The notes below the pieces were generated by a model. The model saw only the letters and a list, made by a program, of their open reading frames with translations. It made no database searches and was not told the origin of the DNA. The position numbers and the translations under genes are program-made. Positions 1 to 10,939 of a stretch of DNA of 39,993 nt are shown here, piece after piece; the first letter of the stretch is position 1; each line of letters opens with the position of its first letter. Source of the DNA: Minisyncoccota bacterium (GTDB lineage Bacteria > Patescibacteriota > Minisyncoccia > Phycocordibacterales > UBA9973). The DNA lies in NCBI GenBank assembly GCA_025453495.1, contig JALOQM010000005.1, forward strand, positions 1 through 39,993, given 5' to 3'.

Positions 1-2
1 AG

Positions 3-152
3 ACCATTGCCCGTATCAATGCCCTTGCTGACTATCTTCCTAGAACTCCGGTATCTACACCAGCACAGACACCACGCCTTGTAGCGCCAAGTACAGGGAG
101 TGTTTGGAGTGTACTTACACCACCGGGCGAGGGGGTAGCTAGAGAAATGTAA
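3..152 (+). CDS. 3' end of an upstream gene (partial, unknown product, Pro/Thr-rich tail)
   Basis: Open frame from the window edge (TIARINALADYLPRTPVSTPAQTP...GVAREM) to TAA at 150-152, followed by a large hairpin. Confidence 0.55.
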   Translation, partial: TIARINALADYLPRTPVSTPAQTPRLVAPSTGSVWSVLTPPGEGVAREM

Positions 153-203
153 ATTCCTGAAAAGAGGCAAAAAATAATTGATGATAAGTGTACTTTTTAT
201 ATG

Positions 204-245
204 ATTCAAGACAAAAACCAGTAATTACTGGTTTTTGTCTTGAAT
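204..245. terminator. Perfect 42-bp palindrome, probable bidirectional terminator
   Basis: ATTCAAGACAAAAACCAGTAA|TTACTGGTTTTTGTCTTGAAT is its own reverse complement; a second hairpin (AGTAGTG/CACTACT) follows at ~244-270. Confidence 0.65.
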
Positions 246-396
246 GGTGAGTAGTGCACACTACTACCATAGACATTAATACTTGTGATGTAGGCTGCTG
301 ATTTCTAGGAAAACACCTCGTCTATTTTTGTCTTGTGCCGTGAGCTAGAGGTTTTTTGAAAGACACATATAGGTATAAGTAGTTACGGTAGTACTA

Positions 397-424
397 TTGA
401 CGCACAGAAGAAAATAAGTAGAAT
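397..424 (+). promoter_or_regulatory. Sigma70-type promoter for rpoBC
   Basis: TTGACG (397-402), 16-bp spacer, TAGAAT (419-424). Confidence 0.65.
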
Positions 425-430
425 GAACCC

Positions 431-567
431 ACTTCACTCTGATTGAGTTACTGGTGCGAGGAAGGCTTATCAACGCATAATCTCGTCGATTATCTTGCCA
501 CATAACAGCGCACTATAATACGGCACGCACAAAACGGGACATCGGTCACCCTGTTTTTTTCTTTTTT
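431..567 (+). promoter_or_regulatory. Structured rpoB leader ending in a terminator-like hairpin (candidate attenuator)
   Basis: Nested stems GTGCG/CGCAC, GGC/GCC and ATAATC/GATTAT, then an AAAACGGG...CCTGTTTT hairpin (531-557) with a T-tract to 567, just before the rpoB ATG at 584. Confidence 0.45.
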
Positions 568-583
568 ATAAGTAGCAGCATCT

Positions 584-3500
584 ATGAGTAAAACTACGCA
601 CGAGAAAAAATATTTCTCACGATACAAAAAGCCACTGGCAATACTTCCAAATCTTTTGGAAAACCAGATCCATTCATTTGAGTGGCTCGTTCAAAAGGGT
701 CTTAAGGAAGTCTTCAAAGAATTCTCTCCGATCCAGGACTATTCAGGAAAAAAGTTTGTTCTTGAATTTACCTCTTTTTCGCTTGGCGAACCAAAATGCG
801 ACGAGCAACATGCCAAAGCAAATAAACTCTCCTATGAAGGACAGCTCAAGGCGGTTGTGAAATTGACCAACAAAACAATTGGTGTTTCCAAAGAGCAGGA
901 AATTTTCATGTCGGATCTTCCGCTCATGACCAATCATGGTACCTTCGTTATAAACGGTGTTGAACGTGTCGTTGTGCCACAGCTCGCACGTTCATTTGGT
1001 GTCTTTTTCACCGATATGGAAGTGAAAGGTAAGACATACTTTGGTGCCAAGATCATCCCTGCGCGTGGTGTGTGGATCGAAATTGAATCTGATGCTGATG
1101 GCATCATATATGTGCGCATCGACAAGAAGCGCAAGTTTCCTGTCACCTCGCTTTTGCGCGTCCTTGGTCTTACGACCGATGAGGCGTTACTCAAGCACTT
1201 TAAAGATGAAGAGCAAGTAAAGACACTCAAATTGATACTTGAGAAAGATCCTGCAAAGACGCAAAGTGATGCATATATAGAAATTTACAAGCGTCTTCGT
1301 GATGGCGATCTTGCAACAGCTGAAAATGCAAAGGAATTTATCGATGCACTTTTTTCTACAGAGCGATACGACTTGTCTGCTGTTGGTCGTTTCCGTTTCA
1401 ATAAGCGCTTCGAAAAAGATATGAGTGATAAGGAAATGGAGCGCCGCACCATATCTGCAGAAGATGTCGCGACTATCATTATGCATATCCTTTTGCTCAA
1501 TACTGATCCCTATGCAAAAGCCGATGATATCGACCATCTTGGACAGCGTCGCGTCCGCTATATCGGTGAACTTTTTCAACAGAAGATTCGTATGGGTATG
1601 GCGCAGATCAAGAGAAACATTCAAGACCGTATGTCTACGATTGATACCTCCACAACTCTCCCGATTGCGATTATCAATCAGAGACCGCTGCAGGCGCGTA
1701 TTAAGGAATTTTTCACTACAAACCAGCTGTCGCAGTTTATGAACCAAGAAAACGTGCTCTCTGAGCTTGAGCACTTGCGTACACTCTCTTCACTCGGACC
1801 GGGTGGTTTGACTCGCGAGCGTGCAGGTCTTGAGGTGCGTGACGTGCACACTTCACACTATGGACGTGTCTGCCCGATCCATACTCCAGAAGGTCCAAAT
1901 ATCGGTCTCATCCTTCACTTGTCGATGTATGCGAAGGTCAATGATTTCGGTATCATCGAGACACCATATGTGAAAGTTAAAAACGGCAAGATCACCGGAG
2001 AAATTGTCTATTTGAATGCACTTGAAGAAGAAAAGTATGTCATCGCACACGCGGCAGTACAGTATGACGCGAGTGGGAAGCTTACTGATGAAAAAGTTGA
2101 AGCTCGTATCAAGACAGAGCCAGGTTTTGCACCACGCGAGGAAGTTGATTTTATTGATATCTCGCCAAACCAAGCATTCTCTATTGCAACTTCGATGATT
2201 CCGTTTCTTGAGCACGATGACGCGAATCGTGCATTGATGGGATCGAACATGCAAAAACAGGCAACGCCGTGTGTTCTTCCTGAAGCACCGCTTGTTGCGA
2301 CTGGTATTGAAGAGCTTTCGGCAAAGGATTCTGGTCGCGTGATTGTTGCGGAAGAAGAGGGGACAGTTATCAAGGTTGATGCTAAAAAGATTGTTGTCAA
2401 AAACGTTAAAGGTAAGGAAAAAACATACGATCTTGTTAATTTTTCTCGTACTAACAATTTCACTTCCTTCCATCAGCGCCCGGTAGTCAATCTGAATCAA
2501 AAAGTAGCAAAAGGTGATGTGCTTGCTGATACCTCTTCATCAGATCGTGGTCAAATCGCCCTTGGACAAAACATGCTTGTTGCCTTCATGTCATGGAGTG
2601 GTGCAAACTACGAAGACGCGATTATTCTCTCAGAGCGTGTTGTTAAAAATAGTAAATTCACTTCGATTCATATTGAGGAGTTTATCTGTCTTGTCCGTGA
2701 TACAAAACTTGGACCTGAAGTCACTACTCGTGACATACCAAATGTCGGTGAGGCAAAACTCAAAGATCTTGATGAGGATGGCGTCATTCGTATCGGCGCG
2801 GAACTCCGTGAAAACGATATTCTCGTGGGTAAAATTACTCCAAAGGGTGAGACTGAACTTACTCCGGAAGAAAGACTTCTTCGCTCTATCTTTGCCGAGA
2901 AGGCGCGCGATGTGAAGGATACATCACTCCGTATGGATCACGGCGCACGCGGTCGTGTTATCGGTGTAAAGATCTTTTCACGTGATCAAGGACACTCACT
3001 CGAATCCGGTATCATCAAGAAGATTGTTATCGAAGTCGCACAAGTGCGCAATATCTCAGTTGGTGACAAACTCGCTGGCCGTCATGGAAACAAGGGTGTC
3101 ATCTCTCGTATTCTTCCTGAAGAAGAAATGCCATACATGGCTGATGGCACACCTATCGACGTTATTCTCACACCGCTTGGTGTCCCATCTCGTATGAACC
3201 TCGGACAGATTCTTGAAATGCATCTTGGTATGGCAGCGCATACGCTTGGCTATCAGGCAATTGTGCCACCATTTTCTGGTGCGACAGATATCGAGATCAA
3301 GGCTGAACTCAAGAAAGCAGGTCTTGCAGAAACAGGAAAAATGAAGCTCTACGATGGTCGCACTGGTGAGGCATTTAACCAAGATATTGCTGTCGGCTAC
3401 ATGTATATCTTGAAACTACACCACATGGTCGAAGACAAGATCCACATGCGTTCAATTGGTCCGTACTCACTTATTACTCAGCAGCCACTTGGCGGTAAAG

Positions 3501-3769
3501 CACAAGGTGGTGGTCAGCGCTTCGGCGAAATGGAAGTGTGGGCACTCGAAGGGTATGGCGCGGCACACACACTCCGTGAGATGATCACAATCAAGTCAGA
3601 CGACATTATGGGTCGAAGCGCGACGTTTGACGCAATTATCAAAGGACAAGAAATTCAGGAACCAAATGCTCCAGCATCGTTCAATGTAATGCTCAACTAT
3701 CTCCGCGGACTCGCGCTTGATGTTGAACTCAAGAAAGACGATGCACAAGATCCAGAAATAAACGATTAA
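584..3769 (+). CDS. rpoB: DNA-directed RNA polymerase subunit beta
   Basis: Motifs GTFVINGVERVVV, LSSLGPGGLTRERA, HTPEGPNIGL, GDKLAGRHGNKGV, GGQRFGEMEVWALE; compact 1061-aa form. Confidence 0.99.
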   Translation: MSKTTHEKKYFSRYKKPLAILPNLLENQIHSFEWLVQKGLKEVFKEFSPIQDYSGKKFVLEFTSFSLGEPKCDEQHAKANKLSYEGQLKAVVKLTNKTIGVSKEQEIFMSDLPLMTNHGTFVINGVERVVVPQLARSFGVFFTDMEVKGKTYFGAKIIPARGVWIEIESDADGIIYVRIDKKRKFPVTSLLRVLGLTTDEALLKHFKDEEQVKTLKLILEKDPAKTQSDAYIEIYKRLRDGDLATAENAKEFIDALFSTERYDLSAVGRFRFNKRFEKDMSDKEMERRTISAEDVATIIMHILLLNTDPYAKADDIDHLGQRRVRYIGELFQQKIRMGMAQIKRNIQDRMSTIDTSTTLPIAIINQRPLQARIKEFFTTNQLSQFMNQENVLSELEHLRTLSSLGPGGLTRERAGLEVRDVHTSHYGRVCPIHTPEGPNIGLILHLSMYAKVNDFGIIETPYVKVKNGKITGEIVYLNALEEEKYVIAHAAVQYDASGKLTDEKVEARIKTEPGFAPREEVDFIDISPNQAFSIATSMIPFLEHDDANRALMGSNMQKQATPCVLPEAPLVATGIEELSAKDSGRVIVAEEEGTVIKVDAKKIVVKNVKGKEKTYDLVNFSRTNNFTSFHQRPVVNLNQKVAKGDVLADTSSSDRGQIALGQNMLVAFMSWSGANYEDAIILSERVVKNSKFTSIHIEEFICLVRDTKLGPEVTTRDIPNVGEAKLKDLDEDGVIRIGAELRENDILVGKITPKGETELTPEERLLRSIFAEKARDVKDTSLRMDHGARGRVIGVKIFSRDQGHSLESGIIKKIVIEVAQVRNISVGDKLAGRHGNKGVISRILPEEEMPYMADGTPIDVILTPLGVPSRMNLGQILEMHLGMAAHTLGYQAIVPPFSGATDIEIKAELKKAGLAETGKMKLYDGRTGEAFNQDIAVGYMYILKLHHMVEDKIHMRSIGPYSLITQQPLGGKAQGGGQRFGEMEVWALEGYGAAHTLREMITIKSDDIMGRSATFDAIIKGQEIQEPNAPASFNVMLNYLRGLALDVELKKDDAQDPEIND

Positions 3770-3788
3770 TCCATTCATCAATACATCT

Positions 3789-6700
3789 ATGTCTAAAACA
3801 ATTGATACAAAAGACTTTGAACTGATCTCGCTCTCACTCGCGTCTCCTGAGCGTATTCGTGAGTGGTCATTCGGCGAAGTAACCAAGCCAGAAACTATCA
3901 ACTATCGTACCGGTCGCAGTGAACGTGGTGGGCTCTTTGATGAGCGTGTGTTTGGTCCTGAAAAAGATTACGAATGTTATTGCGGAAAGTATCGCAGAAT
4001 CCGCTACAAGGATATTGTCTGTGAGAAGTGTGGTGTAGAAGTTACTCGCTCTATCGTGCGCCGTGAACGCATGGGACACATCGAGCTTGCAACACCAATC
4101 GCGCATATTTGGTTCTTGAAGGGTGTGCCATCTCGTATGTCTATACTGCTCAATGTACCAATTACTGATCTTGAGAAGGTAATTTATTTCGCAGGATACA
4201 TTATTACCAAGGTCAACGAAGGAGAAAAGGAAACCATTCTCAAAGACCTCGATTCGGAATTCAAAACGAAGGTGAAGATGACAAATGACGATGAGACCAA
4301 GCAGAAACTCAAAGATGTGCTCTCAAGTACAAAAAAAGAAATCGCCGAGATATACGAAGGAAAGGTGCTCAATGAAATTGCATATCATCACTACAGTCTC
4401 AAATACGGTACTGCGTTTGAAGCGGCAATCGGTGCTGAAGCGATCTATACTCTTTTCAAAAACCTTGATCTTGAGAAATTGCGTCAGCAGACTGAAGCAA
4501 TGATTGAGAAGGCAAGCCGTATCGATAAAGAAAAGCTCGAGCGTCGACTCTCACTCATCCGTTCTATGCAAAACGCAAAAGTGCGTCCTGAATGGATGTT
4601 TCTCACAGTCATCCCAGTTATCCCACCAGCGCTTCGCCCGATGGTTGCTCTCGAAGGCGGTCGTCACGCGACATCTGATTTGAACGATCTCTATCGTCGC
4701 GTCATAAACCGCAATAATCGCCTGAAGAAACTCAAAGAAATTGGTGCTCCAGATGTCATTTTGCGTAACGAAAAGCGCATTCTCCAGGAAGCTGTCGATG
4801 CGCTTATTGACAACTCTATTTCAGCAGGTGATAACGCAGCGATGAGTCAAGCACAGAAGCGTGCGCTCAAATCACTTTCTGACAACTTGAAGTCCAAACA
4901 AGGTCTCTTCCGTCAGAATCTCCTTGGTAAGCGCGTAGACTACTCTGGTCGCTCCGTGATCGTGGTGGGTCCACAGCTCAAGCTCTCACAGTGTGGTCTT
5001 CCAAAGCATATGGCACTTGAGCTTTTCAAACCATTCGTCATCTCCAAGCTCATCGAACGTGAACTTGCGTTCAATATTCGCGGTGCGAATCGTTTGATTG
5101 AGGAAGGAGTACCAGAAGTATGGGCAATTCTTGAAGAAGTGATCGACGGCAAGCGGGTACTTTTGAACCGTGCGCCAACACTCCACCGTCTCGGTATTCA
5201 AGCATTCATGCCAGTTCTTATTGAAGGTAATGCTATTCAATTACACCCGCTCGTGTGTGCTGCATTTAATGCTGACTTCGACGGCGACCAAATGGCAGTT
5301 TACGTACCGCTCTCTGATGCTGCACAAGACGAAGCTCGTGATCTCATGGCTGCAAACAAGAATCTCTTGAAGCCTCAGAATGGTGATCCAATTGTCTCAT
5401 CTAAATTGCTTGATATTGTCCTTGGTTGTTATTGGATGACTAAAGCAATCGATGGTGAGACTGGCGAAGGAAAATTCTTCGCTAGTCCAAACCAAGCTAT
5501 CACGATGTATGACTTCGGTGGTGTGTCATTCCGTGCCAAGATCAAAGTACTCGGCACTGATTCAGAGAAGTATGCAAAATTTGAAAATAAACCGTTTGAG
5601 ACAACTGTTGGACGACTCCTTTTCAATAGCGTGCTCCCGTCTGATTTTGAGTATATAAACGAAGAAATTACACAGAAAAAAATGTCTGTCATTATCGATC
5701 AAGTCATTATGCGTTATGGCGTTGATGCGACACCAGATATACTCGATAAGCTCAAAGAGTTTGGCTATCGCTATGCAACTGTTTCTGGTGTCACTTGGAG
5801 CATCGACAATGTCATAGTTCCTGAGGAGAAGAAGGCAATTATCGCAAAAGGTGAAGCACAAGAAGCTGAAGTTGTTGTACAATTTAACGAAGGTCTCCTT
5901 TCTGAAGAAGAAAAATATCTAAAGACAATCGAAATCTGGGAGCAGATCAAAATGGAAGTTGAAAAGCATATCCCTGGAACACTTGATAAAAATGGTTCGA
6001 CACACGATATGGTTATGTCAGGCGCTCGTGGCTCGATGGGTAATATCACTATGATGGCCGGTATTAAGGGTCTCATTCAAGGTCCAACTGGTCGCACGAT
6101 TGACTTCCCAATTACAACTTCATACAAAGAAGGTTTGTCACCGGTTGAATACTTCATTACCACACACGGTTCACGTAAAGGTCTTGCCGATACAGCGCTC
6201 AACACCGCAAAGGCTGGCTACTTGACACGTCGCCTTGTCGACGTCGCACAGGATGTCATGATTACTGAGGAAGATTGTGGTACTAAGGAAGGAAAGATGG
6301 TCGCAAAGGAAAATATTTCTGGCATCGAAATTACACTTACAAAAAATCTGAAGGGTCGCGTGCTCGCTGCTGATATCAAAGACGAAAAGGGAACAGTGCT
6401 CTACAAGCGTGGTTTCCTTGTTATGAAGGATGACGCTATGAAGATCGAAGCGCTTGGTATCAAGGAGGTTATGGTCAGATCACCACTTACTTGTAAGACT
6501 ACAGATGGTATCTGTGCGATGTGTTATGGTCTTGATCTTGGTAGAAACCACCTAGTGAAGCTTGGTGAAGCGGTTGGTATTGTCGCCGCACAAGCGATCG
6601 GTGAGCCGGGTACTCAGTTGACACTCCGTACCTTTCACGCCGGTGGTGCTGCAGGTACTGACATTGTCGCTGGTCTGCCGCGTGTTGAAGAAATCTTTGA

Positions 6701-7415
6701 GCGTAGAAATCCAAAAAATCCAGCAGTGGTCTCACAGACAAATGGTACTGTTATCGAAGTCAAAGATCTCGGAAAGGAAAAAGTTATCACTGTCTTGTCT
6801 GATACCAAAGTAGATGGTAAGTCTAATCAGATTGAATACACGGTCGCGTATCGTCGGAATCCGATTGTCAAAAATGGCCAGAGTGTCAGTGCAGGCGAGC
6901 TTTTAACAGATGGTTCAGCAGATATTACCGAAATCTTCCAGTACGGTAGTAAAGAAATGGCTGAAGAATATATCATCAGAGAAATCAACAAAGTGTATGA
7001 ATTGCAAGGTGCTTCGATCTCGCGCAAGCACGTCGAGATTATCATCCGTCAGATGTTCTCACGTCGACGCGTCAAGCATGCCGGTGAGACGCTTCTCTCT
7101 CCAGGTGAAATCGTCGAAGGTCGCGAGCTTGCACGTGAAAACAAAAAGATGAGAGCACAAGCAAAAGAAGAAGCAAAAGCAGAGCAGATCGTGCTTGGTA
7201 TCACCGAAGTATCGCTCACGACAAAAAGCTGGCTCTCCGCTGCGTCGTTCCAGAACACAAACCGCGTCCTTATCAACAATGCCGTACGCGGTGGTGTCGA
7301 TCGTTTACGTGGTCTTAAGGAGAACGTCATTATTGGTAGACTTATCCCAGCTGGTACTGGATTCCGCGAGCGATTAGCAAAGAAAGAAAAGCAAGTAGAA
7401 GAAACAGCAGAATAA
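3789..7415 (+). CDS. rpoC: DNA-directed RNA polymerase subunit beta'
   Basis: Catalytic NADFDGD, N-terminal Zn finger, LLGKRVDYSGRSVI, GEPGTQLTLRTFH. Confidence 0.99.
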   Translation: MSKTIDTKDFELISLSLASPERIREWSFGEVTKPETINYRTGRSERGGLFDERVFGPEKDYECYCGKYRRIRYKDIVCEKCGVEVTRSIVRRERMGHIELATPIAHIWFLKGVPSRMSILLNVPITDLEKVIYFAGYIITKVNEGEKETILKDLDSEFKTKVKMTNDDETKQKLKDVLSSTKKEIAEIYEGKVLNEIAYHHYSLKYGTAFEAAIGAEAIYTLFKNLDLEKLRQQTEAMIEKASRIDKEKLERRLSLIRSMQNAKVRPEWMFLTVIPVIPPALRPMVALEGGRHATSDLNDLYRRVINRNNRLKKLKEIGAPDVILRNEKRILQEAVDALIDNSISAGDNAAMSQAQKRALKSLSDNLKSKQGLFRQNLLGKRVDYSGRSVIVVGPQLKLSQCGLPKHMALELFKPFVISKLIERELAFNIRGANRLIEEGVPEVWAILEEVIDGKRVLLNRAPTLHRLGIQAFMPVLIEGNAIQLHPLVCAAFNADFDGDQMAVYVPLSDAAQDEARDLMAANKNLLKPQNGDPIVSSKLLDIVLGCYWMTKAIDGETGEGKFFASPNQAITMYDFGGVSFRAKIKVLGTDSEKYAKFENKPFETTVGRLLFNSVLPSDFEYINEEITQKKMSVIIDQVIMRYGVDATPDILDKLKEFGYRYATVSGVTWSIDNVIVPEEKKAIIAKGEAQEAEVVVQFNEGLLSEEEKYLKTIEIWEQIKMEVEKHIPGTLDKNGSTHDMVMSGARGSMGNITMMAGIKGLIQGPTGRTIDFPITTSYKEGLSPVEYFITTHGSRKGLADTALNTAKAGYLTRRLVDVAQDVMITEEDCGTKEGKMVAKENISGIEITLTKNLKGRVLAADIKDEKGTVLYKRGFLVMKDDAMKIEALGIKEVMVRSPLTCKTTDGICAMCYGLDLGRNHLVKLGEAVGIVAAQAIGEPGTQLTLRTFHAGGAAGTDIVAGLPRVEEIFERRNPKNPAVVSQTNGTVIEVKDLGKEKVITVLSDTKVDGKSNQIEYTVAYRRNPIVKNGQSVSAGELLTDGSADITEIFQYGSKEMAEEYIIREINKVYELQGASISRKHVEIIIRQMFSRRRVKHAGETLLSPGEIVEGRELARENKKMRAQAKEEAKAEQIVLGITEVSLTTKSWLSAASFQNTNRVLINNAVRGGVDRLRGLKENVIIGRLIPAGTGFRERLAKKEKQVEETAE

Positions 7416-7420
7416 ACTCC

Positions 7421-7457
7421 CGATCAGCGCCCAAAACTACGGGCGCTGATTCGTTTT
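7421..7457 (+). terminator. Intrinsic terminator after rpoC
   Basis: ATCAGCGCCC-8 nt loop-GGGCGCTGAT followed by TCGTTTT. Confidence 0.75.
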
Positions 7458-7526
7458 CTGACTTGTTTGAGAGATGTGCGATAGTTACTATACATATACG
7501 TGAGAAAATAAGAGTCAAAGTTATAT

Positions 7527-9269
7527 ATGCTTTCTCCAGCACAAGAAATAAAAGAACGGTTGCATATTATTGATGTCGTGTCTTCGTACATCAAGCTTGA
7601 AAAAGCGGGAGGCAATTACAAGGCACGTTGCCCATTTCATTCTGAAAAGACGCCATCGTTTGTCGTTTCGCCGGCGCGTGGCACGTATCACTGCTTCGGT
7701 TGCAACAAAGGTGGTGACATATTTAGTTTCGTCCAAGATATAGAAGGTATTGAGTTTCGTGATGCACTTGAGAAGCTCGCTTCGCGTGCCGGTGTCGCGC
7801 TCAAGTATATCGATCCAAAGGAGCTCTCCAAACAGAAGGCACTCTATGACTGTATGGAACTTTCAGCTCGCTTCTTTGAATTTGTCTTGAAGCGTACACC
7901 CAAAGCGTTAGAGTATTTGAAGTCGCGTGGACTAACGGAGGAATCAATCAGTACATGGCGGATTGGCTATGCTCCTGCTGATTGGCGGAAGCTCACTACA
8001 TTTCTTCGCGAGAAAAAAATGTCTGAAGAAGTGATTGAAAAAGTCGGTATGGCGATCAAACCTACCCGTCCTTCAGGAGTAGGCGGAAGCCATAAAGATT
8101 TATATGACCGTTTCAGGGGGCGCATTATGTTTCCTATCTTTGACGCGCAGGGAAGAGTAGTAGCATTTTCGGGGCGTATATTTGATCTCACTGGCAAGCA
8201 GAAAGATGACATTGCAAAATACGTTAATTCACCGGAAACAGTACTTTATAATAAATCAAAGATTCTATACGGCTACGACAAAGCAAAGCTTGGAATGCTG
8301 AAGGAAAATATATGTGTGCTTGTAGAAGGGCAAGTTGATCTTGTGATGGCACACCAAGTAGGTACCACCAATGCAGTCGCGGTATCAGGCACTGCACTGA
8401 CGAGTGAACACCTTGGTCTTATCAAGCGATTTACCGATAATCTCGTGATTTCTTTTGATGGCGATAGTGCAGGACTTTTGGCAGCCAAACGCGGCGTCTT
8501 ACTTGCTCTCGGACTTGGTATGGATGTCAAAGTTGCTGCACTTCCAGTTGGCATGGATCCTGCTGATCTTATTGCCAAAGATTCAGATGTGTGGCGTTTG
8601 GCACTTTCTCAAGCAGAGCATATTGTACCGTTTTATCTCAAGCATCTTGCTGTACGAGAGCTTCCAAAGCGCGACTTTATAAAAGAAGTTTCTCGAGAAG
8701 TTTTACCGCTTGTTGCTGAAATTACAAATCGCATCGATCAAGAACATTTCATTAAAGAAATTTCTCGTGAGCTTGGTATGGGTGAGGAGGCAGTGCGTGA
8801 AGAATTGGCAAAGGTAGTAGCCGAGCGTGTCGGGAGCAGTGTCTCAAAAAGCGACACAGCAACAGAAATCAAAACCCTTTCAGATGATCCAGTTAGAGAA
8901 CGATTATTTGGTATCTATCTCTGGCAGTCTAGTTGTCCGTCTCCTGCGATATCGCTGACAGGTGCTGCAAGCGAATATGCTCGTATTTCTCATTCTGATA
9001 TTACTTCCGATCTTGCTCTTTTGTCTGAGAACAAACGACAAGATCTCATCCTCCAGGCAGAAGTCTACTATGCAGGACATGAGCGTCTTGAGGTTGAGCT
9101 TGGAGAATTACTACTCTCTTTTGAGGATACACTTCTTGCTCGTGAACTTGTCGACCTTCTCGGTACACTTGCCGAATCTGCTCATGAAGATCCAGCTATC
9201 ACCAAGAAGGTATATGATATCCAACGTCGTCGCGATGAGATGAAGAGAAGTCGATTTTCTGAAAAATAA
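7527..9269 (+). CDS. dnaG: DNA primase
   Basis: CPFH...CFGC Zn-binding domain, DRFRGRIMFPI, KYVNSPET, TOPRIM motifs VEGQVD and FDGDSAG. Confidence 0.98.
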   Translation: MLSPAQEIKERLHIIDVVSSYIKLEKAGGNYKARCPFHSEKTPSFVVSPARGTYHCFGCNKGGDIFSFVQDIEGIEFRDALEKLASRAGVALKYIDPKELSKQKALYDCMELSARFFEFVLKRTPKALEYLKSRGLTEESISTWRIGYAPADWRKLTTFLREKKMSEEVIEKVGMAIKPTRPSGVGGSHKDLYDRFRGRIMFPIFDAQGRVVAFSGRIFDLTGKQKDDIAKYVNSPETVLYNKSKILYGYDKAKLGMLKENICVLVEGQVDLVMAHQVGTTNAVAVSGTALTSEHLGLIKRFTDNLVISFDGDSAGLLAAKRGVLLALGLGMDVKVAALPVGMDPADLIAKDSDVWRLALSQAEHIVPFYLKHLAVRELPKRDFIKEVSREVLPLVAEITNRIDQEHFIKEISRELGMGEEAVREELAKVVAERVGSSVSKSDTATEIKTLSDDPVRERLFGIYLWQSSCPSPAISLTGAASEYARISHSDITSDLALLSENKRQDLILQAEVYYAGHERLEVELGELLLSFEDTLLARELVDLLGTLAESAHEDPAITKKVYDIQRRRDEMKRSRFSEK

Positions 9270-9358
9270 TTTATGTATCTAGAGCAGTATATATTTACAA
9301 GCACAGGTATTCGTTTGGTATGAAGATAAACTCATGCTAAGCTACACATTGTCATTTT

Positions 9359-10630
9359 ATGAAGAAAAAAACAAAAAAAACGCATACGGTGAAGGTAAAA
9401 AAGCCAGCTAAAAAGGTGGCTAAAACCAAGCCGATTCAAAAAAAGAAAGTCGTAAAAAAACCGGTTGCAAAGAAGCCGACTTCAATCAAAAAGGCACCAC
9501 AGCCCAAAGCAAGCCCTGCTGAGCCAAAGTCAAAAAAGAAACTCTCTCCCTCAGAGAAAAAAGTAGAACTTTGGAATCACAAAGCAAATGATCTTGTCAC
9601 CAAAGGCAAGAAGCGTGGATTTATCACTTATGATGAGATACTAAAGACGTTTCCAGATATCGAAAGCAATGTCTTTTTTCTCGAAGAGCTCTACGAGAAA
9701 CTATCTGTTGCTGGTATAGATGTGCTTGAAGGAGGAAACTTGCTCGATATTGACGCTCCTGAGAAAGATCTCAAGAAGTTTGTAAAAGATGGTCCTGCAT
9801 ATGACTCGGTCCAGATGTATCTCAAAGAGATTGGCCAATATCCACTCATCATGGCAGCCGAAGAAAAGGAGCTTGCCAAGCGTATTGAAAAAGGGGATTT
9901 TGAAGCAAAGAATCTTCTTGCTCGTGCCAACCTCCGCCTTGTCGTCTCGATCGCGAAGAAATACGTTGGCCGTTCAAGTGATCTGACACTCCTTGACCTC
10001 ATCCAGGAAGGCAACCTCGGCCTCTTCAAAGCGGTTGAGAAATTCGACTGGACGAAGGGGTACAAGTTCTCAACCTACGCGACCTGGTGGATCCGCCAGT
10101 CGATCACTCGCGCACTTGCTGATCAGTCACGCACTATTCGTATCCCTGTGCACATGGTGGAGACAATTTCCAAGTACAAGCAGGTATTTCGTCGTCTCTC
10201 ACAGGATCTTGGTCGCGACCCACTTGCCGAAGAGATAGCCACAGAAATGGGTATCGATGTTGAGAAAGTGCATGTAATCGAAAATATCAATCAAGATACG
10301 CGCTCGCTTGAGCAGCCAATCGGCGATGATGATGAGAAGTCGACGCTTGGCGAATTCATCCCTGATGACAAGATTCTCCGTCCGGACGAGGACGCATCAC
10401 GTCGTATCCTTGGTGACCAAGTACGGGAAGTACTCAATGATCTCTCGCCAAAAGAGCGTAAGATTCTTGAGATGCGTTATGGACTCCTCGATGGTGTTCA
10501 ACATACACTTGAAGAAGTAGGCCAAGAATTTGGCGTGACCCGTGAGCGTATCCGTCAGATTGAGGCAAAAGTGCATGACAAGCTCAGAAACAACGAAAAG
10601 ATTATGCGACTCAAGAACTACTTCGACTAA
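9359..10630 (+). CDS. rpoD: Primary sigma factor RpoD with a Lys/Pro-rich N-terminal extension
   Basis: Region 1.1 ([13 protein letters not shown]), 1.2 ([11 protein letters not shown]), 2 ([27 protein letters not shown]) and 4 ([20 protein letters not shown]); lies directly after dnaG. Confidence 0.97.
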   Translation: MKKKTKKTHTVKVKKPAKKVAKTKPIQKKKVVKKPVAKKPTSIKKAPQPKASPAEPKSKKKLSPSEKKVELWNHKANDLVTKGKKRGFITYDEILKTFPDIESNVFFLEELYEKLSVAGIDVLEGGNLLDIDAPEKDLKKFVKDGPAYDSVQMYLKEIGQYPLIMAAEEKELAKRIEKGDFEAKNLLARANLRLVVSIAKKYVGRSSDLTLLDLIQEGNLGLFKAVEKFDWTKGYKFSTYATWWIRQSITRALADQSRTIRIPVHMVETISKYKQVFRRLSQDLGRDPLAEEIATEMGIDVEKVHVIENINQDTRSLEQPIGDDDEKSTLGEFIPDDKILRPDEDASRRILGDQVREVLNDLSPKERKILEMRYGLLDGVQHTLEEVGQEFGVTRERIRQIEAKVHDKLRNNEKIMRLKNYFD

Positions 10631-10643
10631 ATAGCAACTATTC

Positions 10644-10669
10644 AAAAAGCACCCTATGAGGTGTTTTTT
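10644..10669 (+). terminator. Intrinsic terminator after rpoD
   Basis: AAAAAGCACC-CTATGA-GGTGTTTTTT. Confidence 0.75.
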
Positions 10670-10740
10670 GTGTTATTGACATTTATATAAAAAATGTTAT
10701 CTCAATAACGGAAATCATTCATAAACCAAAACGTTACAAT

Positions 10741-10914
10741 ATGAAGAAAATAATGGCCGATGACCTCTCTGCCAGAGAGCATGACTCAATTGTCAGAATT
10801 TTACAGAGACAGAATCGCGCCCTCGAGGCGGATAGATTCAGGAAAGGTGAGCTTGCTATTGAAATCATTCTTTCTGAGCCTGTAAATTTTACAGACTTTA
10901 GCAAGAAAAACTAA
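10741..10914 (+). CDS. Small hypothetical protein (57 aa), below the ORF-track cut-off
   Basis: MKKIMADDLSAREHDSIVRILQRQNRALEADRFRKGELAIEIILSEPVNFTDFSKKN; TTGACA at 10676-10681 upstream and a terminator downstream. Confidence 0.65.
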   Translation: MKKIMADDLSAREHDSIVRILQRQNRALEADRFRKGELAIEIILSEPVNFTDFSKKN

Positions 10915-10939
10915 GCTCGAAGTAGCTCAAAAACTTCAC

